DNA of 64,000 nucleotides from Octopus sinensis. Lineage: Eukaryota. The position numbers and the translations under genes were made by a program. The DNA is taken from assembly GCF_006345805.1 (NCBI RefSeq), contig NC_043024.1, positions 15,810,001 to 15,874,000 on the forward strand, read 5' to 3'. Each line of letters starts with the position of its first letter. Position 1 is the first letter of the stretch. Under the pieces are notes generated by a model. It saw only the letters and a program-made list of their open reading frames with translations. It did not search any database and was not told the DNA's origin. Shown in pieces: positions 55,187 through 64,000 of this stretch.

Positions 55187-56035
55187 TGTATGTATTTGTA
55201 TGTAGGTGTACATGTATGTGTGTGTATTTATATTTATTGGTGTATATGTATAGACTAGCCTTCTAAGAGTGTAGACATGAATCTGTAGGTACGCGTAGGT
55301 ATGTGTATATACGTGAATGTATGTAGATGTATGTATGTATGAATATAACGCGTGCGTGCGTGTATGCGTATGAGTGTACGAATGAGTGAGTGTACGTGCT
55401 AAAGAGTGTGCGTGAGTGAATGAGTAATTGTTTTCCAGTAGATAAATGGTCTGGCTGTCATAGCCAAGATGTTTGTGACCAAGCGGCCAAAGATAACAAA
55501 AGTAATAAACGAAGATAATAAAATTAAAATTAGGGAATGGGTCTGTATTTGTATATGTATATATATATATATGTGTGTATGTGTAGGTATGCATGGGTAC
55601 ACATATGTATATATATGTGTATATATATATATATGTGTATGTATATATATGTGTATATGTATGTGTATGTATGTATATATATGTGTATGTATGTGTATGT
55701 GTGGGTGTATATATATGTGTGTATGTGTATATATGTGTATATAGGGACTAGTGTGCTGTGTGTGCATGTGTGTGTATGGATTTGTGTGTGTATGCGTGTA
55801 TGTGAGTAGATGTGTGTGTATGTGTATATATATATTTTTCTGTGTGTATATGTATGTGTGGTCGTGTGTGTATATATACATGTGTGTATACGTGTATGCA
55901 AGTGAGTGTGTGTATGTATACACATATATATGTGTATGTGTAGATATGTATATGTATGTGTGATTGTATATATATGTGTGTATGTGTAGAGGTATAAGTG
56001 AGAATCTCCTTATTTACCTAAAACTCTATTCCCCC

Positions 56036-56075
<40 letters not shown>

Positions 56076-56539
56076 TTTTTTATTTTTTTATTTTTATTTT
56101 ATTATTTTTTTATTTTTTATTTTTTTATATTTTTTTATTTTCTATTTTTATTTTTTATTTTTTATTTTTTTATATTTTATATTTTTTTATTTTTTATTTT
56201 TTATTTTTTATTTTTTATTTTTTATTTTTTATTTATTCTCCTATCTAATTTAACACTGACTCCTTGACCACTCCCCCAAGTATGATTTTTTGCGCTATGC
56301 CTACCCCCAAAAAGTCCCCCACCAACACCCCTTTAAACCTGCCTAAATGTATAAATGCCAATACAATTCTTGTTAACTAGCTTCCTGAAGATTTCTCTTG
56401 AATGAAACAGTTCTAGTCCTGTAGAAGCTCCTTCTATATAATAAATTAATTTTACTCTGCTATGTATTGAGTACCTTATTTACTGTGGTTAACCCCGAAT
56501 CAACCCGGGACCTACATATATACATATATATATATATAC

Positions 56540-56615
<76 letters not shown>

Positions 56616-58604
56616 AAGTGCTATCAGTTCTCTCTTGAAAGCCTGCTACAATTTTATAAATTTAATTAATTAGAATATTTGTTAATTAATCAGGTGTTGA
56701 TGAAATGATGGCCAAATATGTTGCCCAACTCCTAGTTCGAGATCCAATCCTTTCATTCAAAGAGAGGATCAATCAAGACGTTACCAAGGATACTGAACAC
56801 CTTGAGGTAAATAAATTCGTTCAATGTTTCTCGAATTGATTTGTTGACATTATCGAGTGAGAAATTGACTCTAAAATGCATAAATTCTTATCTACCGTTT
56901 GTCTTCAAGATGTGAAAGATTCTGAATGAGGATTTGACCATTCAGCATTCAAATTCTCCTCTCAAATGCTATGCTTATTTATTCACATTGTTTTGAGTTA
57001 ATAAAGCATTATTTTGTAGCTTTGAGGTTTCGATGATATTGTAGGGTAGGTGTGAGAGACTGGATCTGGCTGGTTTAAACATAAAACAGGTAGAACATTT
57101 GCACGGGATACAACTGAGTCAACTCTTTAGCATTCAGATTACTCCGTCAAATGCAATACTTATTTATTCGTATCATTTTGAATTAAACATCCATTATCCT
57201 GTAGCTCTGAGACTTCCATGCAATGATCATCTATTTTTAGAATGACTTTTAGGCTAGGTGGGAGAGGCCACATCTGGCTTGTTGGAACATAAATCAAGTA
57301 GAATATTTTGGCCAGATGAGGCTAGTTTGAATGCTAAAGGGTTAAAGTCAGCAACTTTTCAGCATTCCCTTGTACTGTGTTATACAAGTGCAGAAGGACA
57401 ATGGTGGACACGGAAAACAAGTAGAATATTTTGACCAGATATAACTGGTTTAAATGCTGAAAGATTGATGTTATTCATTGTATTTTAAAGTTGGTGGAGA
57501 CAATTGACATTCGGTCTTACTGTCTCTATAATCCTGTTTTATTTTCTGTTTCAGCTTATCATATCCATGAACACACCTAATATAAGACTGAAGCTGCCTA
57601 CAGAAGATTCTGGATGGAAAATAGAATTCAGATCAATGGAGGTAATGTTAAAGTGAATGGTTACATTACAAGAATTTAGAAATTTCAAGGAATATGCAGT
57701 ATTTTTTTTTAATGCTGGTGCCACATAAAAAGAATCCATGTTGGTGCCACATAAAAGGACTCATTGCTGGTGCCATGTAAAATGCACCATTACTGGTGCC
57801 ATATAAAATGCATCCATTATGTAAAATGCATCTGTACTGGTGCCACATAAAAAAACACCCATACTGGTGTCATGTAAAATGCACATGCGTTAGTGCCATG
57901 TAAAAACGCACCCATGCTGGTGCCACGTAAAAAGCACATGCACTGGTGCCACATAAAGAGAACCTGTGCTGGCAGTGCCATGTAAAAAGCACCTGTACTG
58001 GTGCCATGTTGGTGCCATATATGAAGCATTCATGCTGGATGCCACATAAAATGCATATATATTTAACAAGACATGTTGGTTAAGACCAGAACAATACAAA
58101 ATGAGATATAGAGTAAACTGCAAAAACAAAACAAACTTGTAGCTTTACCTTATATTTCTATATTCAGAACATTTGGGAAAGCAAGGGATGGAAAGAAAAG
58201 TCGTTGCTCAAATGTGTAGGAGTGGAAGGGGACATGCGTGACATTCACAGACTGGTGTTGCTATAGTAACCAATCAGATTCATGCAGTTCTTTTCTGTTG
58301 TTTATGGCTGGTCTCCGTTTGTTGATAAGGAGGGCCTCCAAGGCTCTGAAATTACCTCTAGAGCCCTTCCTTTTCAGCAAACTGAGATAACAACCATGAG
58401 ATATAGCAATATAAAACTACAATTTATTTATGATTTTATTCAACATTCCCTTCCCAAATTCACACCCTTATTACAGTGGTCTGTTAGTTTTTCTAAGCCC
58501 TGTAGAAGAACCCGGAAGGTTAGGCCTCCAACCAGGCTTTTTATGACCCCCTTAAATCTAGGAACTTTTCAGAAACCCCTCATGTGCATGCATGTGTGTG
58601 TGTT

Positions 58605-58638
<34 letters not shown>

Positions 58639-59997
58639 TTTTTCTGCTCTGATGAGTACTTTGATATTTGCATATTCTGAAAATGAATTTATATCTATGT
58701 ATGAAACGATTGTATGCATGAATAAACATCTTACAACATTTTAACATCTTACCTTCTCCAGTTTTGACAAATATGATTAGATTTATGGAACTTCATTCTG
58801 TAACTTAATCATTCACTTTATATTTATACATATATATAAATTTCTATATTTCCAGCTTCAATTGACCGACTTTGAAAATGCTGCCCTTGTTGTATTTATC
58901 CTGCTTCTTACCAGAGCTATAGTTACTTTCAAACTATACTTTTTGATACCATTATCAAAGGTAAATATTTCTCTACAATAGATATTGAATTCTTTGATAT
59001 AGCCATAGGTCTGTGGGCCATGGCAGGTGTTTAATGCTTTAGCATTCAGATTACTCTATTAAATGTGAGGCTTATTTGGTCATATTGTTTTTAATTAATC
59101 ACGCATTATCTTATAAACTTTAAGATTTCAATGAAGTGATAGTTCATTTTCAGAATGACATTGTAGGAAAGGTATGAGAGGCAGGACCTGGCTCATTTGA
59201 ACATAAAACAGGTCGAATATCTGTGCTGGATATGGCTGGTTTCAATGCTAAACTGCCTAATTTTCTAATGAAACATTAAAAAATATTTTCATTTCTGCAT
59301 CCTTTCAACTGGTTTAAAATCACAGCCATCTTCTTTAAGGTTGTTCCATCTCATTCATCATTTAAAGTCCACTTTTCCAGGCAAGAATTAATCAGATGGA
59401 ATATTATTTGCAGCAGATTTTCTGTGGCCAGAAGCCCTTCCTGTTACCAACCCTCATTTATATGATGGTGATGAATGCTTACAAGCATTATGTGATGTAA
59501 AAACAAGGGATCTCAAACACGTACATACATACATACACACACTGGAAGACCCTATGTTTGCCAACAGGACTCTGCATCATGCCACACAAGCAGGAGAACC
59601 CAGTATTGGCTGTCAGACAATTTCTGTGACCACATCACCCTTAACATTTGGCCACCTAACTCCCCAGACTGCAACCCTTATAATTATTATTTGTGAGGTG
59701 CAGTTGAACAAGAGACAAACAAAACTCCTTGTAACACCAAAGATGACCTGAAGGCAAGGATTATGGCAGCATTCACCAACTTAAAGAAGGAAGAGTTGCA
59801 GAAGAGTCCAGAAGAAATTCTGGAGATTCTGAAGTCGTCCGGGGGCCATGGTTGATGCTAATGGTGACTTTATTAGATAAATATACTCTTTAGTATGTCA
59901 AGATACTTTCATGTAATTTTGGCAAATATATCTGTTAAAATGAGAAGTGTTATTTTCATTTTTGCATAATTTCGATGATAGTTTATTCATCACACCC

Positions 59998-60036
<39 letters not shown>

Positions 60037-60691
60037 CAGCAGATGAAACGGTGCATCGTATAAGAAATTACAGGGTAAATGTTTTTTAAATTTTCTCCTG
60101 TTTACGGAATTGATTTTTATTTGCGGTTGAAGCTTTGGCTGTTATTTCTAGTGGGTGAATGGCCTATTATGGCCGTTCCTTGATTGTTGATGTTGAACTT
60201 AAAAATGGTCTATGACTATTTAATTTTTTCCCACTAGGCCGCTGGTGGCAAAAAAAATTCTACAAAATTTTTTTTGCCACCCTATATTGATTAATTATGA
60301 ATTTTCTGGTTAATTCCGTAATGGAATCGACGGCTTATATTTATTTGCTGCCGATAAATTTGGCGCGAGTGCGATGATTTGAAAATTTTAGGTCAGATAT
60401 TACCTTGGCAGGGTCGGAAATGCCTCGTGAAAATATCTGTTCCGACTTGTGGCTATTTCTTACTGAAGAATCTGAGGGCCTATGGAAGATTGGCCTGATT
60501 TAATTTAATCAGGTTAGTTTACCATTAAACAGCAGATGAAACGGTGCATCGTATAAGAAATTACAGGGTAAATGTTTTTTAAATTTTCTCCTGTTTACGG
60601 AATTGATTTTTATTTGCGGTTGAAGCTTTGGCTGTTATTTCTAGTGGGTGAATGGCCTATTATGGCCGTTCCTTGATTGTTGATATATATA

Positions 60692-60723
<32 letters not shown>

Positions 60724-60911
60724 GGTAGACTTTCTTTGGTTTCTATCTACCAAGTCCACTCACAAGGCTTTGGTCGACCTGAGGCTATAGTAGAAGACAC
60801 TTGTCCACAGTGCCATGCAGTGGAACTGAACCTAAGACCATGTTCGGAAGCAAGCCTCTTAATCATATCGATATGCCTATGCTACATAGTCATGCCAGCA
60901 CTCATTTTAAT

Positions 60912-60967
<56 letters not shown>

Positions 60968-62507
60968 TTATAACGGTTTCCTTGCCTTGACATTACATGA
61001 AAGGTTTGCGTGCACATGCACGTGTGTGTGCATATATTTCCCCAACCACCACCCTTTGACAACCATTGTTGGTTTGATTAAAACCCTTCAAGGCAATGTC
61101 CCAGCATAGCCACACTTCAGTGACAGAACCAATTAAGAGATAATAATCTAGAAACCATTTATTTTCAAAGGAAGATCCCTTTTTCAGGTTCTCTCTCAAA
61201 TTGCATTGTGACTAGTGATGTACAGCAACATCTGATGGTCTAACTCAGTGATTCCCAAACTTTCTTGAACTGCCATCCCCAGACACCCAGGCCACATTCC
61301 TAGCACCCCCACCATCACAGACATAGGCCTCTTTCTGAAGCAAATTCAGAACAACAATGTGAGGTATACTTGCCATCTCAATATGGCTAACCACTAAGGG
61401 TGAGTGTTACTGTAGCTTGTAGCCCCAGGAGAACATCATCTCCAGCTGGCTTTAGCAGAGATTTATTATTTCAGAACAACAGTATTTCACAAATAAAAAC
61501 TTAACCTAATGAACTCATTATTTTTTTCATTATTTACACGAATCACTACCCCATTATCGCCCCACTTTTTACATAAACCACTCTCCCATTATCGCCCCAA
61601 TTTTCTTCAACACCTTGAAACTTTCCACCACACCCAGGGGGCAATCCTGCCTATTCTGGGAACCACTGGTCTAGCTGATCATGTAATCATGTGATGTGTG
61701 GATTTGATCCTACTCATCTCAATATCATGTGATGCAAATGTGATTATGATAATGAAGATACCTTTATAACACTATATGTATTTTGTCATTTTCCATGTAA
61801 CTCCAACCACACAAAGGTTGCTGAAGACGTTATAACAGCACAAAAGCCAGACGCTGTTAATAAAGAAAAATTTCACTTCAGGAAAGATATTGGAAAAGGT
61901 AAGAACTAAAATTTCTCAGAAATTTTGAGAGTGAAAACTTAATTTTAACATTGATTAAATATTGTGAATGCATAGAAGATATATTTTATTGCTTAGCAAT
62001 GGGTCAAGCTCGACTAAAACATATGGTCAAATGCATTCTATCTATGATCATTCTGTCTTTTTGGGGTATAATACAACTACATTTTTCACTGTGTCCTACT
62101 ATGTGTCAAATGGGAAGTTGATATCAATGAGATTTAGCTGTTATTTCTAGTTGATCAGGCAGCCATGTAGCTACTTCTCCAGTCTTGGGAATGACAATTA
62201 AGGCCCAATGAAAATTGATTGGTGCTTGGCATGCTCATAACTCTGCCAGTTGCTGCCTTACTGGAGTTTAATATTATCTTTAGTGGAGTAAAACAAGGGG
62301 TGTTATGTACCTTAATTATAGGAAGGTTAGGGTGATGGGGTGACAAGCACATAGGCAAACACCGTTATTTGTCTGTTACACTATACAACACATGCAGTTA
62401 TTGTACTAATATATAATTCTTTTATTTCCTGTCAATTAGAATCTGCTGATTGTGAAATGGCTGATGTTTACACATTGATGACTTTAGATGAAATCATGAA
62501 TGGCAAG
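22040..62507 (+). CDS. GCLC: Glutamate-cysteine ligase catalytic subunit-like gene, 14 coding exons in window (1536 nt, 512 codons), 3' end beyond window
   Basis: Exons joined by hand at GT-AG sites keep one open frame. GCLC motifs appear in the right order: MGLL..WGDE.EY, PEY..MMEG, FPRLGCP, HIYMD..LQVTFQ, DCRW..DDRT, RYD, RDP, GW.IEFRSME, QLTDFEN, FRKD, YTLM..IMNGK. Symbol denotes the family; likely a paralog. Confidence 0.93.
23962..24476 (-). repeat. Three 137-bp copies separated by (ATT)n
   Basis: Copies at 23962-24098, 24154-24290 and 24340-24476 with identical ends. Confidence 0.9.
24567..25770 (-). mobile_element. Dong/R4-like LINE RT remnant between (ATT)n/(AAT)n tracts
   Basis: [34 protein letters not shown] motifs in broken frames; internally deleted. 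Confidence 0.8.
26114..26220 (+). CDS. GCLC: GCLC-like exon 2 ([19 protein letters not shown]...KESES)
   Basis: tttttag acceptor, gtgagt donor; resembles VEYMLVSFDHENKKVRL; ends phase 2. Confidence 0.9.
28626..28733 (+). CDS. GCLC: GCLC-like exon 3 ([20 protein letters not shown]...FKER)
   Basis: Matches WRPEYGSYMIEGTPGQPYG; gtaacc donor. Acceptor ccaaag is the nearest in-phase AG and is weak, so the start is less certain. Confidence 0.8.
30550..30765 (+). mobile_element. RTE/BovB-like LINE 3' end
   Basis: Terminal C2H2 motif [21 protein letters not shown] followed by stop and short tail. Confidence 0.7.
31295..32080. repeat. (TATG)n microsatellite with degenerate 3' part
   Basis: Direct inspection. 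Confidence 0.95.
32151..32216 (+). CDS. GCLC: GCLC-like exon 4 ([22 protein letters not shown])
   Basis: tttcag acceptor, gtaagc donor; TAFPR motif; phases 2/2. Confidence 0.92.
32652..33122. mobile_element. TcMar (Tc2/pogo-like) MITE
   Basis: TIR CTGTAAATCCTCGAGTATA; TA target duplication. Confidence 0.85.
34101..34178 (+). ncRNA. Type I hammerhead motif with one stem III mismatch
   Basis: CCU CUGACGA GAUUCAACUUUA..UAAAGUUUGAAUC GAAA GAGCU GUC^GGG. Confidence 0.65.
34826..36958. repeat. ~2.1-kb (AAT/GAT)n microsatellite
   Basis: Direct inspection. Confidence 0.98.
36956..37786 (+). mobile_element. 5'-truncated Dong/R4-like LINE with CCHC knuckle and restriction-like endonuclease
   Basis: [36 protein letters not shown]; open to stop at 37623; (AAT)n on both sides. 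Confidence 0.88.
38541..38657 (+). CDS. GCLC: GCLC-like exon 5 (LGCPNFTFP...KDPFFS)
   Basis: gtttcag acceptor, gtaagc donor; LGCP.FT motif. Confidence 0.92.
39328..39407 (+). pseudogene. Diverged partial copy of GCLC-like exon 5 (pseudo-exon)
   Basis: Reads [27 protein letters not shown] versus [27 protein letters not shown]; donor GT changed to AT; downstream intron also duplicated. Confidence 0.85.
39725..39812 (+). ncRNA. Degenerate type I hammerhead motif
   Basis: UUUCU CUGAUGA UGGAAUAUCU..AGAUUUCUCA GAAAC AACU GUC^AGAGA. Confidence 0.55.
39933..40348 (+). mobile_element. SINE family A, full copy
   Basis: Collinear with 19009-19425. Confidence 0.85.
40700..41275 (+). mobile_element. 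RTE-type LINE 3' fragment, same family as 12503-14055
   Basis: [27 protein letters not shown]; 22-bp repeats in 3' UTR; (GAT)n tail. Confidence 0.7.
43337..43395 (+). CDS. GCLC: GCLC-like exon 6 ([19 protein letters not shown])
   Basis: atccag acceptor, gtaagt donor; 59 nt; matches NIRHRRGEKVVINVP. Confidence 0.92.
44067..44428 (+). mobile_element. Non-autonomous Helitron-like element
   Basis: GC-rich subterminal tract then CTAG-T end; partial inverted copy at ~47603-47870 begins 5'-TC. Confidence 0.6.
44547..45042. repeat. Palindrome with 237-bp arms and 22-bp spacer
   Basis: 44547-44783 versus 44806-45042, about 3 mismatches. Confidence 0.92.
45661..46360. repeat. Near-perfect ~351-bp tandem duplication inside a SINE A microsatellite
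   Basis: 45661-46010 is almost identical to 46011-46360. Confidence 0.9.
46585..46980 (-). mobile_element. SINE family A, full copy, reverse strand
   Basis: Reverse complement of family A. Confidence 0.85.
47155..47372 (+). CDS. GCLC: GCLC-like exon 7 (YKDKNT...[21 protein letters not shown]...TPIM)
   Basis: tttcag acceptor, gtaggt donor; overlaps ORF 47127..47399. Confidence 0.95.
47960..48430. repeat. ~46-bp minisatellite built from two ~23-bp subunits
   Basis: ctccatttacatataccgtcaatattgtctagactatcaatgtgta, about 10 copies. Confidence 0.85.
48868..48984 (+). CDS. GCLC: GCLC-like exon 8 ([21 protein letters not shown]...QGLE)
   Basis: ttccag acceptor, gtgcgt donor; DCRW and DDRT motifs. 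Confidence 0.95.
49834..49972 (+). CDS. GCLC: GCLC-like exon 9 ([22 protein letters not shown]...LKAE)
   Basis: Strong polypyrimidine tract plus tag; gtattt donor; RYD..SYLS..YND motif. Confidence 0.93.
51110..51160 (-). ncRNA. Type I hammerhead motif, left arm of large palindrome
   Basis: Reverse complement of 56379-56429. Confidence 0.75.
51759..51811 (-). ncRNA. Type I hammerhead motif, array unit 1
   Basis: UGAG CUGAUGA GAGA..UCUU GAAAC GUAC GUA^CUCA: stem I 4 bp, intact core, palindromic stem III. Confidence 0.82.
52311..52363 (-). ncRNA. Type I hammerhead motif, array unit 2
   Basis: Identical to unit 1. Confidence 0.82.
52860..52912 (-). ncRNA. Type I hammerhead motif, array unit 3
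   Basis: Identical to unit 1. Confidence 0.82.
53410..53462 (-). ncRNA. Type I hammerhead motif, array unit 4
   Basis: Identical to unit 1. Confidence 0.82.
56379..56429 (+). ncRNA. Type I hammerhead motif, right arm of large palindrome
   Basis: AGCUUC CUGAAGA UUUC UCUU GAAU GAAACAG UUCUAGUC CUGUA^GAAGCU: stem I 6 bp, stem III 4 bp; U.U mismatch at base of stem II. Confidence 0.75.
56694..56806 (+). CDS. GCLC: GCLC-like exon 10 ([18 protein letters not shown]...TEHLE)
   Basis: atcag acceptor, gtaaat donor; RDP motif. Confidence 0.93.
57555..57641 (+). CDS. GCLC: GCLC-like exon 11 ([29 protein letters not shown])
   Basis: tttcag acceptor, gtaatg donor; GW.IEFR.ME motif. Confidence 0.92.
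57712..58053. repeat. ~22-bp minisatellite (gctggtgccacataaaaagcac)
   Basis: About 15 degenerate copies; same unit lies in the RTE 3' UTR at 41030-41125. Confidence 0.85.
58645..58718 (+). ncRNA. Degenerate type I hammerhead motif
   Basis: UGCU CUGAUGA GUAC..GUAU GAAAC GAUU GUA^UGCA; the same GAAACGAUUGUA 3' half occurs at 4328-4374 on the - strand. Confidence 0.55.
58856..58960 (+). CDS. GCLC: GCLC-like exon 12 ([14 protein letters not shown]...IPLSK)
   Basis: ttccag acceptor, gtaaat donor; QLTDFEN and IPLSK motifs. Confidence 0.95.
59544..59999 (+). mobile_element. Tc1/mariner maT-like (DD37D) transposase 3' remnant
   Basis: [22 protein letters not shown] with 37 residues between the second D and the third catalytic position (now N); in-frame stop; ends cacccTG. 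Confidence 0.75.
60035..60684 (+). mobile_element. Partial-tandem (~1.3 x 493 bp) hammerhead element in (TA)n
   Basis: 157-bp direct repeat at 60035 and 60528; (TA)n on both sides; complete hammerhead spans the unit junction. Confidence 0.8.
60455..60561 (+). ncRNA. Type I hammerhead motif with long stem II
   Basis: AUUUCUUA CUGAAGA AUCUG..CAGAU GAAAC GGUGCAUC GUA^UAAGAAAU: stem I 8 bp, stem II 5 bp plus inner hairpin, near-palindromic stem III. Confidence 0.85.
61246..61668. mobile_element. hAT (Charlie-like) MITE
   Basis: TIR CAGTG.TTCCCA; 8-bp TSD gtctaact/gtctagct. Confidence 0.8.
61817..61898 (+). CDS. GCLC: GCLC-like exon 13 ([27 protein letters not shown])
   Basis: caaag acceptor, gtaaga donor; AQK.DAV...F.FRKDI motif. 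Confidence 0.9.
62440..62507 (+). CDS. GCLC: GCLC-like exon 14 ([23 protein letters not shown])
   Basis: attag acceptor, gtaaaa donor; YTLM..D.I.NGK motif. Confidence 0.92.
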
Positions 62508-62542
62508 GTAAAAAATATTTTTGATAAATCCTAAATCACATA

Positions 62543-63053
62543 CTGTAAATCCTCAAGTATAGTCCGCCCTTGAGTATAATACACAGGGGATTTTTAGGGG
62601 TCTGTACCTCTGAAAAACCTAAACCTTGTGTATAATACGCACCCCTTCTCTAACTTGAGTCATGCGTAATTTAGCCAGCAACACCCAGTCAAGCAAACAC
62701 TTCCGCGCATGCGTAATACAATAATAGCGATGTTCTTAACTGTTATATGGGAATGTAAATATGTTTGCAAATTGTTTTTGTTACATGTTATTCTGTGTTC
62801 TGAATACTTTTATTTGAATAAATGTTACTTACTGCAAGCTATAGAAGATTCTTCTGTGCTTTCAAACTTAGCTTAAGGTATTTTCGCACCCGACATCACA
62901 AAATGCGTCTGAATAAACATTGCCGGACAGCAAATAGAGACTTGGACATTGATTAGAAAATAATTTTCATTTCTAACCTCATATATAGTATGCACTAGGG
63001 ATTTTGGCCTTAAATTTTGGGGAAAAATGTGGATTATACTCAAGGATTTATGG
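62543..63053. mobile_element. Second copy of the same MITE family
   Basis: Same TIRs and ends as 32652-33122; TA flanks; different middle. Confidence 0.85.
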
Positions 63054-63724
63054 TATTTTAGATTCTTCATTTATCCATCTTCTCTACTCCCATGGTCTTC
63101 CTCAGAAATAGTGGCCAGAATCCTCAGGCACCGCCTTCATATGGTCTTATCAGAAGCAGCTGGCATCAGCTCTTCCAGCTGGATTACCAAGCATGACCAA
63201 ATGAGACTAAGGATGCTATCCAACCATTTTCTTGGCCTATCACTAGATTTCCTCCAGTTGACTCAACTTGAAGAATCCAACCTGTGATTGTTTCCCGTAA
63301 CATTATAGCCACATGTTGGTAGAACCAGAGCTGTGGCCTCTCAAAATGGAGAAGTAGAGTTTCAACTTAGAGTGACTCCCTGATCTCCGAGCTATGCACC
63401 CAGTCCAGTAAATTTATTCCAGATTGTGAATTTTAAAATTCGAAAATAGGTGGCTTGTTTTTATATCACTTTAAAACTCCTTTTGAGTAAAAGAATAATG
63501 TAAAATTCCAATTCCAAATAAATTGGTAATGGTCTGTATCATTAAGAATTAGTCTATGGGAAAGATCCCAGAGAGTTCCTCAAGTTCAATATGGTGTGAG
63601 GAATGAAGAATCCTCATGATAACAGAGGTTGTTAAATTCTCCCATGAAAACTTAGATTACCAGAATTGTTCACCTGTAGAGCTGAAGTGATTTCAAAAAC
63701 AGTGTCTCTTCCACCATACACATA

Positions 63725-63778
<54 letters not shown>

Positions 63779-64000
63779 TCTCTCAGGCACTCCAAACTGT
63801 GTGGCTTTGTTCCTGTGTTAGAAATCATCTTGATTTCAATAAAATACCAGACAATGTCTTAAGACTACTATTGTTTATCATTCTGCAGAAGCTATAATGC
63901 AAACCTAACAGTGCTGGCGCCATGAAAATCAACCTGAACATTCTAAGCATTTGGCAATTGATTCAAACAAGTGGATATTTTAGTCTTGCCGATGGCAAGG

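Larger units (their letters stand above)
51093..56446. repeat. 5.3-kb interrupted inverted duplication in intron 9
   Basis: 51093-51480 pairs with ~56060-56446; ~53700-54794 pairs with 54957-~56050; ~160-bp spacer; the 4x array interrupts only the left arm. Confidence 0.9.

Noticed and set aside
53786-55963. Several 100-220 aa ORFs on both strands
   Set aside because: CA/TA low-complexity arms of the palindrome
62508-64000. Search for the next GCLC exon (FPGL.P motif)
   Set aside because: Not found; remaining exons are presumed beyond the window, so no truncation is claimed

Overview
AT-rich, repeat-dense animal DNA. The tRNA-headed SINE families and Dong/R4, RTE and Penelope-type remnants look like those of Octopus, so a cephalopod origin is inferred. 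One protein-coding gene is supported: a + strand glutamate-cysteine ligase catalytic subunit (GCLC)-like gene. Fourteen coding exons (22040-62507) splice by hand into one open 512-codon frame, and the gene continues past the window. The metal-binding and glutamate-binding residues are kept, but several cysteine-pocket motifs are strongly altered, suggesting a diverged paralog. Almost all long ORFs in the supplied track are microsatellite artefacts. The most striking non-coding signal is a set of type I hammerhead ribozyme motifs from several unrelated repeat families, mostly embedded in (TA)n tracts. They include a 4 x ~552-bp retrozyme-like tandem array, a 1.3-mer 493-bp element with a textbook hammerhead on the gene's sense strand, and a 5.3-kb intronic palindrome with a hammerhead at each end. 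All folds were paired by eye and none has been tested.
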